NCBI GenBank assembly: GCA_950097015.1
Contig: CATNEN010000038.1
Coordinates: 34,782,001 to 34,846,000, forward strand
DNA length: 64,000 nt
Direction of reading: 5' to 3'
From: Macrostomum hystrix
Taxonomy: Eukaryota > Animalia > Platyhelminthes
Shown one piece after another: positions 48,325 through 62,931 of this stretch (position 1 is the stretch's first letter; each line of letters opens with the position of its first letter). Below the pieces are notes generated by a model. It was not told the DNA's origin and made no database searches. It saw only the letters and a list, made by a program, of their open reading frames with translations. A program made the position numbers and the translations under genes.

Positions 48325-51300
48325 TGCTTCGATTCCATCTGTAGAGATTCTGCTTCGATTCTATCTGTAGATTCTGCTTCGATTCTTGCTTCGATTCCAT
48401 CTGTAGAGATTCTGCTTCGATTCTATCTGTAGAGATTCTTTTTCGATTCTATCTGTAGAGATTCTGCTTCGATTCTATCTGTAGAGATTCTGCTTCGATT
48501 CTATCTGTAGAGATTCTGCTTCGATTCTATCTGTAGAGATTCTGCTTCGATTCTATCTGTAGATTCTGCTTCGATTCTATCTGTAGATTCTGCTTCGATT
48601 CTATCTGTAGAGATTCTGCTTCGATTCTATCTGTAGAGATTCTGCTTCGATTCTATCTGTAGAGATTCTGCTTCGATTCTATCTGTAGAGATTCTGCTTC
48701 GATTCTATCTGTAGATTCTGCTTCGATTCTATCTGTAGAGATTCTGCTTCGATTCTATCTGTAGAGATTCTGCTTCGATTCTATCTGTAGAGATTCTGCT
48801 TAGATTCTATCTGTAGATTCTGCTTCGATTCTATCTGTAGAGATTCTGCTTCGATTCTATCTGTAGAGATTCTGCTTCGATTCTATCTGTAGAGATTCTG
48901 CTTCGATTCTATCTGTAGAGATTCTGCTTCGATTCTAACTGTAGAGATTCTGCTTCGATTCTATCTGTAGATTCTGCTTCGATTCTAACTGTAGAGATTC
49001 TGCTTAGATTCTATCTGTAGATTCTGCTTCGATTCTATCTGTAGAGATTCTGCTTCGATTCTATCTGTAGAGATTCTGCTTCGATTCTATCTGTAGAGAT
49101 TCTGCTTCGATTCTATCTGTAGAGATTCTGCTTCGATTCTAACTGTAGATTCTGCTTCGATTCTATCTGTAGATTCTGCTTCGATTCTATCTGTAGAGAT
49201 TCTGCTTCGATTCTATCTGTAGAGATTCTGCTTAGATTCTAACTGTAGAGATTCTGCTTAGATTCTATCTGTAGATTCTGCTTAGATTCTATCTGTAGAG
49301 ATTCTGCTTCGATTCTAACTGTAGAGATTCTGCTTCGATTCTATCTGTAGATTCTGCTTCGATTCTATCTGTAGAGATTCTGCTTCGATTCTAACTGTAG
49401 AGATTCTGCTTCGATTCTATCTGTAGAGATTCTGCTTCGATTCTAACTGTAGAGATTCTGCTTCGATTCTATCTGTAGAGATTCTGCTTCGATTCTATCT
49501 GTAGAGATTCTGCTTCGATTCTATCTGTAGAGATTCTGCTTAGATTCTAACTGTAGAGATTCTGCTTAGATTCTAACTGTAGATTCTGCTTAGATTCTAT
49601 CTGTAGATTCTGCTTAGATTCTATCTGTAGAGATTCTGCTTCGATTCTATCTGTAGATTCTGCTTAGATTCTAACTGTAGAGATTCTGCTTAGATTCTAT
49701 CTGTAGAGATTCTGCTTCGATTCTATCTGTAGATTCTGCTTCGATTCTAACTGTAGAGATTCTGCTTCGATTCTATCTGTAGATTCTGCTTCGATTCTAT
49801 CTGTAGAGATTCTGCTTCGATTCTATCTGTAGAGATTCTGCTTCGATTCTATCTGTAGATTCTGCTTCGATTCTATCTGTAGAGATTCTGCTTCGATTCT
49901 ATCTGTAGAGATTCTGCTTCGATTCTAACTGTAGAGATTCTGCTTCGATTCTATCTGTAGAGATTCTGCTTCGATTCTATCTGTAGAGATTCTGCTTCGA
50001 TTCTATCTGTAGATTCTGCTTAGATTCTAACTGTAGAGATTCTGCTTAGATTCTAACTGTAGATTCTGCTTAGATTCTATCTGTAGATTCTGCTTAGATT
50101 CTATCTGTAGAGATTCTGCTTCGATTCTATCTGTAGATTCTGCTTAGATTCTAACTGTAGAGATTCTGCTTAGATTCTATCTGTAGAGATTCTGCTTCGA
50201 TTCTAACTGTAGATTCTGCTTAGATTCTAACTGTAGAGATTCTGCTTCGATTCTATCTGTAGAGATTCTGCTTCGATTCTAACTGTAGAGATTCTGCTTC
50301 GATTCTATCTGTAGATTCTGCTTCGATTCTATCTGTAGATTCTGCTTAGATTCTATCTGTAGATTCTGCTTAGATTCTATCTGTAGAGATTCTGCTTCGA
50401 TTCTATCTGTAGATTCTGCTTAGATTCTAACTGTAGAGATTCTGCTTAGATTCTATCTGTAGAGATTCTGCTTCGATTCTATCTGTAGAGATTCTGCTTC
50501 GATTCTAACTGTAGAGATTCTGCTTCGATTCTATCTGTAGGGATTCTGCTTCGATTCTAACTGTAGAGATTCTGCTTCGATTCTATCTGTAGAGATTCTG
50601 CTTCGATTCTATCTGTAGGGATTCTGCTTCGATTCTAACTGTAGAGATTCTGCTTCGATTCTATCTGTAGATTCTGCTTCGATTCTATCTGTAGATTCTG
50701 CTTCGATTCTATCTGTAGATTCTGCTTCGATTCTATCTGTAGATTCTGCTTCGATTCTATCTGTAGAGATTCTGCTTCGATTCTAACTGTAGAGATTCTG
50801 CTTAGATTCTAACTGTAGATTCTGCTTAGATTCTATCTGTAGAGATTCTGCTTCGATTCTAACTGTAGAGATTCTGCTTCGATTCTATCTGTAGAGATTC
50901 TGCTTCGATTCTATCTGTAGAGATTCTGCTTCGATTCTATCTGTAGAGATTCTGCTTCGATTCTATCTGTAGAGATTCTGCTTCGATTCTAACTGTAGAG
51001 ATTCTGCTTCGATTCTATCTGTAGATTCTGCTTCGATTCTATCTGTAGAGATTCTGCTTCGATTCTAACTGTAGAGATTCTGCTTCGATTCTATCTGTAG
51101 ATTCTGCTTCGATTCTATCTGTAGAGATTCTGCTTCGATTCTATCTGTAGAGATTCTGCTTCGATTCTATCTGTAGAGATTCTGCTTAGATTCTAACTGT
51201 AGAGATTCTGCTTAGATTCTAACTGTAGATTCTGCTTAGATTCTATCTGTAGATTCTGCTTAGATTCTATCTGTAGAGATTCTGCTTCGATTCTATCTGT

Positions 51301-54300
51301 AGATTCTGCTTAGATTCTAACTGTAGAGATTCTGCTTAGATTCTATCTGTAGAGATTCTGCTTCGATTCTATCTGTAGATTCTGCTTCGATTCTAACTGT
51401 AGAGATTCTGCTTCGATTCTATCTGTAGATTCTGCTTCGATTCTATCTGTAGAGATTCTGCTTCGATTCTAACTGTAGAGATTCTGCTTCGATTCTATCT
51501 GTAGAGATTCTGCTTCGATTCTATCTGTAGAGATTCTGCTTCGATTCTATCTGTAGATTCTGCTTAGATTCTAACTGTAGAGATTCTGCTTCGATTCTAT
51601 CTGTAGAGATTCTGCTTCGATTCTAACTGTAGAGATTCTGCTTCGATTCTATCTGTAGATTCTGCTTAGATTCTATCTGTAGATTCTGCTTAGATTCTAT
51701 CTGTAGAGATTCTGCTTAGATTCTAACTGTAGAGATTCTGCTTAGATTCTATCTGTAGATTCTGCTTAGATTCTATCTGTAGATTCTGCTTAGATTCTAT
51801 CTGTAGAGATTCTGCTTAGATTCTATCTGTAGATTCTGCTTAGATTCTATCTGTAGAGATTCTGCTTCGATTCTATCTGTAGATTCTGCTTAGATTCTAA
51901 CTGTAGAGATTCTGCTTAGATTCTATCTGTAGAGATTCTGCTTCGATTCTATCTGTAGAGATTCTGCTTCGATTCTAACTGTAGAGATTCTGCTTCGATT
52001 CTATCTGTAGAGATTCTGCTTCGATTCTATCTGTAGGGATTCTGCTTCGATTCTAACTGTAGAGATTCTGCTTCGATTCTATCTGTAGATTCTGCTTCGA
52101 TTCTATCTGTAGATTCTGCTTCGATTCTATCTGTAGAGATTCTGCTTCGATTCTATCTGTAGAGATTCTGCTTCGATTCTATCTGTAGAGATTCTGCTTC
52201 GATTCTATCTGTAGAGATTCTGCTTCGATTCTAACTGTAGAGATTCTGCTTCGATTCTATCTGTAGAGATTCTGCTTCGATTCTATCTGTAGAGATTCTG
52301 CTTCGATTCTATCTGTAGAGATTCTGCTTCGATTCTAACTGTAGAGATTCTGCTTAGATTCTATCTGTAGAGATTCTGCTTCGATTCTAACTGTAGAGAT
52401 TCTGCTTCGATTCTATCTGTAGATTCTGCTTCGATTCTATCTGTAGAGATTCTGCTTCGATTCTAACTGTAGAGATTCTGCTTCGATTCTATCTGTAGAT
52501 TCTGCTTCGATTCTATCTGTAGAGATTCTGCTTCGATTCTAACTGTAGAGATTCTGCTTAGATTCTAACTGTAGAGATTCTGCTTAGATTCTATCTGTAG
52601 AGATTCTGCTTAGATTCTATCTGTAGAGATTCTGCTTCGATTCTAACTGTAGATTCTGCTTCGATTCTATCTGTAGATTCTGCTTCGATTCTATCTGTAG
52701 AGATTCTGCTTCGATTCTATCTGTAGAGATTCTGCTTAGATTCTATCTGTAGAGATTCTGCTTCGATTCTATCTGTAGAGATTCTGCTTCGATTCTATCT
52801 GTAGAGATTCTGCTTCGATTCTATCTGTAGAGATTCTGCTTCGATTCTATCTGTAGAGATTCTGCTTCGATTCTATCTGTAGAGATTCTGCTTCGATTCT
52901 ATCTGTAGAGATTCTGCTTCGATTCTATCTGTAGAGATTCTGCTTCGATTCTAACTGTAGAGATTCTGCTTCGATTCTATCTGTAGATTCTGCTTCGATT
53001 CTATCTGTAGAGATTCTGCTTCGATTCTAACTGTAGAGATTCTGCTTAGATTCTAACTGTAGATTCTGCTTCGATTCTATCTGTAGATTCTGCTTCGATT
53101 CTATCTGTAGAGATTCTGCTTCGATTCTATCTGTAGAGATTCTGCTTAGATTCTAACTGTAGAGATTCTGCTTCGATTCTATCTGTAGAGATTCTGCTTC
53201 GATTCTATCTGTAGAGATTCTGCTTAGATTCTATCTGTAGAGATTCTGCTTAGATTCTAACTGTAGAGATTCTGCTTAGATTCTATCTGTAGAGATTCTG
53301 CTTAGATTCTATCTGTAGAGATTCTGCTTAGATTCTAACTGTAGAGATTCTGCTTAGATTCTATCTGTAGAGATTCTGCTTAGATTCTATCTGTAGAGAT
53401 TCTGCTTCGATTCTAACTGTAGATTCTGCTTCGATTCTATCTGTAGATTCTGCTTCGATTCTATCTGTAGAGATTCTGCTTCGATTCTATCTGTAGAGAT
53501 TCTGCTTAGATTCTAACTGTAGAGATTCTGCTTAGATTCTATCTGTAGATTCTGCTTCGATTCTATCTGTAGAGATTCTGCTTCGATTCTAACTGTAGAT
53601 TCTGCTTCGATTCTATCTGTAGATTCTGCTTCGATTCTAACTGTAGAGATTCTGCTTAGATTCTATCTGTAGATTCTGCTTCGATTCTATCTGTAGAGAT
53701 TCTGCTTCGATTCTATCTGTAGAGATTCTGCTTCGATTCTATCTGTAGAGATTCTGCTTCGATTCTATCTGTAGAGATTCTGCTTCGATTCTATCTGTAG
53801 AGATTCTGCTTCGATTCTATCTGTAGAGATTCTGCTTCGATTCTATCTGTAGAGATTCTGTTTCGATTCTATCTGTAGAGATTCTGTTTCGATTCTATCT
53901 GTAGATTCTGCTTCGATTCTATCTGTAGAGATTCTGTTTCGATTCTATCTGTAGAGATTCTGCTTCGATTCAATCTGTAGAGATTCTGTTTCGATTCTAT
54001 CTGTAGAGATTCTGTTTCGATTCTATCTGTAGAGATTCTGCTTCGATTCTATCTGTAGATTCTGCTTCGATTCTATCTGTAGATTCTGCTTCGATTCTAA
54101 CTGTAGAGATTCTGCTTAGATTCTATCTGTAGATTCTGCTTCGTTTCTATCTGTAGAGATTCTGCTTCGATTCTATCTGTAGAGATTCTGCTTCGATTCT
54201 ATCTGTAGAGATTCTGCTTCGATTCTAACTGTAGAGATTCTGCTTCGATTCTAACTGTAGAGATTCTGCTTAGATTCTATCTGTAGATTCTGCTTCGATT

Positions 54301-57300
54301 CTATCTGTAGAGATTCTGCTTAGATTCTATCTGTAGATTCTGCTTCGATTCTATCTGTAGAGATTCTGCTTCGATTCTATCTGTAGAGATTCTGCTTCGA
54401 TTCTATCTGTAGATTCTGCTTCGATTCTATCTGTAGAGATTCTGCTTCGATTCTATCTGTAGAGATTCTGCTTCGATTCTATCTGTAGAGATTCTGCTTC
54501 GATTCTATCTGTAGAGATTCTGCTTAGATTCTATCTGTAGAGATTCTGCTTCGATTCTATCTGTAGAGATTCTGCTTAGATTCTATCTGTAGAGATTCTG
54601 CTTAGATTCTAACTGTAGAGATTCTGCTTAGATTCTAACTGTAGAGATTCTGCTTCGATTCTATCTGTAGAGATTCTGCTTCGATTCTATCTGTAGAGAT
54701 TCTGCTTCGATTCTATCTGTAGAGATTCTGCTTCGATTCTATCTGTAGAGATTCTGCTTAGATTCTAACTGTAGAGATTCTGCTTAGATTCTATCTGTAG
54801 AGATTCTGCTTCGATTCTATCTGTAGATTCTGCTTCGATTCTATCTGTAGAGATTCTGCTTCGATTCTATCTGTAGAGATTCTGCTTCGATTCTATCTGT
54901 AGAGATTCTGCTTAGATTCTAACTGTAGAGATTCTGCTTAGATTCTATCTGTAGAGATTCTGCTTCGATTCTATCTGTAGAGATTCTGCTTAGATTCTAT
55001 CTGTAGATTCTGCTTCGATTCTATCTGTAGAGATTCTGCTTCGATTCTATCTGTAGAGATTCTGCTTCGATTCTATCTGTAGAGATTCTGCTTCGATTCT
55101 ATCTGTAGAGATTCTGCTTCGATTCTATCTGTAGGGATTCTGCTTCGATTCTAACTGTAGAGATTCTGCTTCGATTCTATCTGTAGATTCTGCTTCGATT
55201 CTATCTGTAGATTCTGCTTCGATTCTATCTGTAGATTCTGCTTCGATTCTATCTGTAGAGATTCTGCTTCGATTCTATCTGTAGAGATTCTGCTTCGATT
55301 CTAACTGTAGAGATTCTGCTTCGATTCTATCTGTAGAGATTCTGCTTCGATTCTATCTGTAGAGATTCTGCTTCGATTCTATCTGTAGAGATTCTGCTTA
55401 GATTTTATCTGTAGATTCTGCTTCGATTCTATCTGTAGATTCTGCTTCGATTCTATCTGTAGAGATTCTGCTTAGATTCTATCTGTAGATTCTGCTTCGA
55501 TTCTATCTGTAGAGATTCTGCTTCGATTCTATCTGTAGAGATTCTGCTTCGATTCTATCTGTAGAGATTCTGCTTCGATTCTATCTGTAGAGATTCTGCT
55601 TAGATTCTATCTGTAGATTCTGCTTCGATTCTATCTGTAGAGATTCTGCTTAGATTCTATCTGTAGATTCTGCTTCGATTCTATCTGTAGAGATTCTGCT
55701 TCGATTCTATCTGTAGAGATTCTGCTTCGATTCTATCTGTAGAGATTCTGCTTCGATTCTATCTGTAGAGATTCTGCTTAGATTCTATCTGTAGAGATTC
55801 TGCTTCGATTCTATCTGTAGAGATTCTGCTTCGATTCTATCTGTAGAGATTCTGCTTAGATTTTATCTGTAGATTCTGCTTCGATTCTTGCTTCGATTCC
55901 ATCTGTAGAGATTCTGCTTCGATTCTATCTGTAGAGATTCTGCTTCGATTCTATCTGTAGAGATTCTGCTTCGATTCTATCTGTAGAGATTCTGCTTCGA
56001 TTCTATCTGTAGAGATTCTGCTTCGATTCCATCTGTAGATTCTGCTTCGATTCTATCTGTAGATTCTGCTTCGATTCTATCTGTAGAGATTCTGCTTCGA
56101 TTCTATCTGTAGATTCTGCTTCGATTCTATCTGTAGATTCTGCTTCGATTCTATCTGTAGAGATTCTGCTTCGATTCCATCTGTAGATTCTGCTTCGATT
56201 CTATCTGTAGATTCTGCTTAGATTCTATCTGTAGAGATTCTGCTTCGATTCTATCTGTAGATTCTGCTTCGATGCTATCTGTAGATTCTGCTTCCATTCT
56301 AACTGTAGAGATTCTGCTTCGATTCCATCTGTAGATTCTGCTTCGATTCTATCTGTAGATTCTGCTTAGATTCTATCTGTAGAGATTCTGCTTCGATTCT
56401 ATCTGTAGATTCTGCTTCGATGCTATCTGTAGATTCTGCTTCCATTCTAACTGTAGAGATTCTGCTTCGATTCTATCTGTAGATTCTGCTTCGATGCTAT
56501 CTGTAGATTCTGCTTCGATTCTATCTGTAGATTCTGCTTCGATGCTATCTGTAGATTCTGCTTCCATTCTAACTGTAGAGATTCTGCTTCGATTCTATCT
56601 GTAGATTCTGCTTCGATTCTATCTGTAGATTCTGCTTCGATTCTATCTGTAGATTCTGCTTCGATTCTATCTGTAGATTCTGCTTCGATTCTATCTGTAG
56701 ATTCTGCTTCGATTCTATCTGTAGATTCTGCTTCCATTCTAACTGTAGAGATTCTGCTTCGATTCTATCTGTAGATTCTGCTTCGATTCTATCTGTAGAT
56801 TCTGCTTCGATTCTATCTGTAGATTCTGCTTCCATTCTAACTGTAGATTCTGCTTCGATTCTATCTGTAGATTCTGCTTCCATTCTAACTGTAGATTCTG
56901 CTTCGATTCTATCTGTAGATTCTGCTTCCATTCTAACTGTAGATTCTGCTTCGATTCTATCTGTAGATTCTGCTTCCATTCTAACTGTAGATTCTGCTTC
57001 GATTCTATCTGTAGATTCTGCTTCGATTCTATCTGTAGATTCTGCTTCGATTCTATCTGTAGATTCTGCTTCGATTCTATCTGTAGATTCTGCTTCGATT
57101 CTATCTGTAGAGATTCTGCTTAGATTCTAACTGTAGATTCTGCTTCGATTCTATCTGTAGAGATTCTGCTTAGATTCTAACTGTAGATTCTGCTTCGATT
57201 CTATCTGTAGAGATTCTGCTTTGATTCTATCTGTAGATTCTGCTTAGATTCTATCTGTAGATTCTGCTTAGATTCTATCTGTCGATTCTGCTTCGATTCC

Positions 57301-60300
57301 AACTGTAGATTCTGCTTCGATTCTATCTGTAGATTCTGCTTCGATTCTATCTGTAGATTCTGCTTCGATTCTATCTGTAGATTCTGCTTAGATTCTATCT
57401 GTAGATTCTGCTTAGATTCTATCTGTAGATTCTGCTTCGATTCTATCTGTAGATTCTGCTTAGATTCTATCTGTCGATTCTGCTTCGATTCCAACTGTAG
57501 ATTCTGCTTCGATTCTAACTGTAGATTCTGCTTCGATTCTATCTGTAGAGATTCTGCTTCGATTCTATCTGTAGAGATTCTGCTTCGATTCTATCTGTAG
57601 ATTCTGCTTAGATTCTATCTGTAGATTCTGCTTCGATTCTATCTGTAGATTCTGCTTAGATTCTATCTGTCGATTCTGCTTCGATTCCAACTGTAGATTC
57701 TGCTTCGATTCTATCTGTAGATTCTGCTTAGATTCCAACTGTAGATTCTGCTTCGATTCCAACTGTAGATTCTGCTTCGATTCTATCTGTAGAGATTCTG
57801 CTTCGATTCTATCTGTAGATTCTGCTTAGATTCTATCTGTAGATTCTGCTTCGATTCTATCTGTAGATTCTGCTTAGATTCTATCTGTCGATTCTGCTTC
57901 GATTCCAACTGTAGATTCTGCTTCGATTCCAACTGTAGATTCTGCTTCGATTCTATCTGTAGATTCTGCTTAGATTCCAACTGTAGATTCTGCTTCGATT
58001 CCAACTGTAGATTCTGCTTCGATTCCAACTGTAGATTCTGCTTAGATTCTATCTGTAGATTCTGCTTCGATTCTATCTGTAGATTCTGCTTCGATTCTAT
58101 CTGTAGATTCTGCTTCGATTCTATCTGTAGAGATTCTGCTTAGATTCTAACTGTAGATTCTGCTTCGATTCTATCTGTAGATTCTGCTTCGATTCTATCT
58201 GTAGATTCTGCTTCGATTCTATCTGTAGATTCTGCTTCGATTCTATCTGTAGAGATTCTGCTTCGATGCTATCTGTAGATTCTGCTTCGATTCTATCTGT
58301 AGATTCTGCTTCGATTCTATCTGTAGATTCTGCTTCCATTCTAACTGTAGAGATTCTGCTTCGATTCTATCTGTAGATTCTGCTTCGATTCTATCTGTAG
58401 ATTCTGCTTCGATTCTATCTGTAGATTCTGCTTCCATTCTAACTGTAGAGATTCTGCTTCGATTCTATCTGTAGATTCTGCTTCGATTCTATCTGTAGAT
58501 TCTGCTTCGATTCTATCTGTAGATTCTGCTTCGATTCTATCTGTAGATTCTGCTTCGATTCTATCTGTAGAGATTCTGCTTAGATTCTAACTGTAGATTC
58601 TGCTTCGATTCTATCTGTAGAGATTCTGCTTAGATTCTAACTGTAGAGATTCTGCTTAGATTCTAACTGTAGATTCTGCTTCGATTCTATCTGTAGAGAT
58701 TCTGCTTTGATTCTATCTGTAGATTCTGCTTAGATTCTATCTGTAGATTCTGCTTAGATTCTATCTGTCGATTCTGCTTCGATTCCAACTGTAGATTCTG
58801 CTTCGATTCTATCTGTAGATTCTGCTTCGATTCTATCTGTAGATTCTGCTTCGATTCTATCTGTAGATTCTGCTTAGATTCTATCTGTAGATTCTGCTTC
58901 GATTCTATCTGTAGAGATTCTGCTTCGATTCTAACTGTAGAGATTCTGCTTCGATTCTATCTGTAGAGATTCTGCTTCGATTCTATCTGTAGAGATTCTG
59001 CTTCGATTCTATCTGTAGAGATTCTGCTTCGATTCTATCTGTAGATTCTGCTTAGATTCTATCTGTAGATTCTGCTTCGATTCTATCTGTAGATTCTGCT
59101 TAGATTCTATCTGTCGATTCTGCTTCGATTCCAACTGTAGATTCTGCTTCGATTCCAACTGTAGATTCTGCTTCGATTCTATCTGTAGATTCTGCTTAGA
59201 TTCTATCTGTAGATTCTGCTTAGATTCTATCTGTAGATTCTGCTTAGATTCTATCTGTAGATTCTGCTTAGATTCTATCTGTCGATTCTGCTTCGATTCT
59301 ATCTGTAGATTCTGCTTCGATTCTATCTGTAGATTCTGCTTCGATTCTATCTGTAGATTCTGCTTCGATTCTATCTGTAGAGATTCTGCTTCGATGCTAT
59401 CTGTAGATTCTGCTTCGATTCTATCTGTAGATTCTGCTTCGATTCTATCTGTAGATTCTGCTTCCATTCTAACTGTAGAGATTCTGCTTCGATTCTATCT
59501 GTAGATTCTGCTTCGATTCTATCTGTAGATTCTGCTTCGATTCTATCTGTAGATTCTGCTTCCATTCTAACTGTAGAGATTCTGCTTCGATTCTATCTGT
59601 AGATTCTGCTTCGATTCTATCTGTAGATTCTGCTTCGATTCTATCTGTAGATTCTGCTTCGATTCTATCTGTAGAGATTCTGCTTAGATTCTAACTGTAG
59701 ATTCTGCTTCGATTCTATCTGTAGAGATTCTGCTTAGATTCTAACTGTAGATTCTGCTTCGATTCTATCTGTAGAGATTCTGCTTTGATTCTATCTGTAG
59801 ATTCTGCTTAGATTCTATCTGTAGATTCTGCTTCGATTCTATCTGTAGATTCTGCTTAGATTCTATCTGTAGATTCTGCTTCGATTCTATCTGTAGAGAT
59901 TCTGCTTCGATTCTATCTGTAGATTCTGCTTAGATTCTATCTGTAGATTCTGCTTCGATTCTATCTGTAGATTCTGCTTAGATTCTATCTGTCGATTCTG
60001 CTTCGATTCCAACTGTAGATTCTGCTTCGATTCCAACTGTAGATTCTGCTTCGATTCTATCTGTAGATTCTGCTTAGATTCCAACTGTAGATTCTGCTTC
60101 GATTCCAACTGTAGATTCTGCTTCGATTCTATCTGTAGAGATTCTGCTTCGATTCTATCTGTTGAGATTCTGCTTCGATTCTATCTGTAGAGATTCTGCT
60201 TCGATTCTATCTGTTGAGATTCTGCTTCGATTCTATCTGTAGAGATTCTGCTTCGATTCTATCTGTAGATTCTGCTCAGATTCTATCTGTAGATTCTGCT

Positions 60301-60602
60301 TAGATTCTATCTGTAGATTCTGCTTAGATTCTATCTGTAGATTCTGCTTAGATTCTATCTGTAGATTCTGCTTAGATTCTATCTGTAGAGATTCTGCTTA
60401 GATTCTATCTGTAGATTCTGCTTAGATTCTATCTGTAGATTCTGCTTAGATTCTATCTGTAGATTCTGCTTAGATTCTATCTGTAGAGATACTGCTTCGA
60501 TTCTATCTGTAGATTCTGCTTCGATTCCAACTGTAGATTCTGCTTCGATTCCAACTGTAGATTCTGCTTAGATTCTATCTGTAGATTCTGCTTAGATTCT
60601 AG
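48325..60602. repeat. 12.3-kb satellite of 24/26-bp units (~490 copies)
   Basis: Unit GATTCTGCTT(C/A)GATTCTA(T/A)CTGTA(GA). Confidence 0.98.
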
Positions 60603-61319
60603 CTTCTAAACTGTAAGCTGAACTGCAGTAATGCAATGTTATGCATAATTCACATAAATGACATGTATAGACTCAGTGTGATCTGATGAAATGTCATTTA
60701 CTAAACAGTCATTTTCCAAAAAACTTCCTTTAGACCTTTGCAACATTGACATTTTGCCTAGCTGTACTGTCACAGCTGCGGTGGTTAGGCGCGCCAGACG
60801 GGAAAATTTTCAGGATCAGTCATGGTAGTCAGTTCCCCCTAGTCCAATAGGGCTAGACCAGACTGACTAAAAGTGCATGTGGACTGTAACTGGGGCTTCA
60901 GAAGTAATATTTTAGTGCACGTGCACTAAACTGCACTCTAACTGACCTCGCTGTTTGCGAAACAGCCCTAAAAAATTTTAGAAATAGCAATTCGGCTATG
61001 TGGACACATGAATAAACATGTCCTAAACTATAAAAGTACAATTTTTATATAATCAACAACAGCCTGAGACTTTTATGAGACTTCCCACCTAAATAGTTTT
61101 CTTCTTAACTGCAAAAAGCAAGCTTTGCTCTCTTTTACGACCTTTCATTCTCACCTTGGGCCTAGCTCGCTGGGGATAAGGACCAGGAGGGATACGGCCC
61201 CTGAAATATATTTTAGCGCACCTAAATCCCTAAGACGCAACGCCGGAGCCCATTAAATACCCCTTGATGACGGCTCCCGAATAAGCAGCCCTGAATCTGA
61301 ATCTCCTTATTAAGAACAC

Positions 61320-62082
61320 TAAATCCCCCGATTTCGAACCCCCAAATCCCCCGATTTCGAACCCCCAAATCCCCTGATTTCGAACCCCCAAATCCCCTGA
61401 TTTCGAACCCCCAAATCCCCCGATTTCGAACCCCCAAATCCCCTGTTTTCGAACCCCCAAATCCCCTGATTTCGAACCCCCAAATCCCCTGATTTCGAAC
61501 CCCCGAACCCCCTGATTTCGAACCCCAAATCCACTGATCTCGAACCCCAAATCCACTGATCTCGAACCCCCTAAATCCCCTGATTTCGAACCCCAAATCC
61601 TCTTGATTTCGAACCCCAAATCCCCTGATTTCGAACCCCAAATCCCCTGATTTCGAACCCCAAATCCTCTTGATTTCGAACCCCAAATCCCCTGATTTCG
61701 AACCCCAAATCCTCTTGATTTCGAACCCCAAATCCCCTGATTTCGAACCCCAAATCCTCTTGATTTCGAACACCAAATCCTCTTGATTTCGAACCCCAAA
61801 TCCCCTGATTTCGAACACCAAATCCTCTTGATTTCGAACCCCAAATCCCCTGATTTCGAACCCCAAATCCCCTGATTTCGAACCCCAAATCCCCTGATTT
61901 CGAACCCCAAATCCCCTGATTTCGAACCCCAAATCCTCTTGATTTCGAACCCCAAATCCCCTGATTTCGAACCCCAAATCCCCTGATTTAGAATTCCAAA
62001 TGACACTGATGTCGAAGCACCGAATCCTCCGGATTTTCAAACCCAAATCCTCTTGATTTCGAACCCCAAATCCCCCTGATTT
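61320..62082. repeat. 22/23-bp minisatellite
   Basis: Unit AACCCC(C)AAATCCCCTGATTTCG with a TCCTCTTG variant. Confidence 0.95.
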
Positions 62083-62931
62083 CCATTAACCAATTATTGC
62101 TCAATAGCATAGAATTCCGTTGTTAGACTTTTGCAGGAAATTCGTTGCGTATTTCACCACGCAGGTGATCTTGATATATTTTCACCTTTCACCCGAACCT
62201 GCAATTCACCTTTCTAACCGCAATCGCAATCAGGATATAGAACAGGCACTTTGCCTCCGTCATCACTGATTTAACAGTGCAATATCGATATAACATTAAC
62301 AATTGTTGCAACTAATTGCATTTACAGGACGAGACGAGTGCAAAAGCACTAAAATATTGCACAAAAAGGTTTTGCCATTGCGCTGTCTATACAAAATCAA
62401 CGGTCACAAAATTTTTGTACTGTTAGTTAGAGTGCGCGCCGTACTGATTATAAAAGTCTTCAATACAACGAATTAGCGAGCACATGAATAATACATAAAA
62501 TGATCAGAGCTTGAGGCGACTTGCATGCACAAGAATAATAATCCAGACCCTGGTTTTAACTTACTCACTTCCGCTGAGAATTTCTCTTAAGCTATGAAAT
62601 TATTCTGTATTCCAACATTGGTGTGCCACAAAAGTCTAGCGTATTTTATGCTGGAAATGCAAAACTCTACTTATAGTATTGAGTAGAGAATGAGCCAATC
62701 AATCAAAAGGCTGCGTACATAAAGATTTTCAGTTCATGCGTGGCGCCAAACTTAATTAAATTTCTGTCCCAGCAAATGCTAACAGCAAATGGGAATTAAG
62801 CATAGGCTGGAATTGCCGACCAGCCTGTTCCCCGCAGCCTTGTACAGCGATCCCTTGAACTGGCTGCCACTGACGCCGCTCACCCATCGATAGTCGGCTG
62901 GACACAGTCGGCCCGGCTCGAGACCCTCCGA

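Noticed and set aside
56373-62046. EAESTDRI / ESKQNLQI / GFEIRG repeat proteins
   Set aside because: Satellite translations broken by 2-nt and 1-nt unit-length variants.
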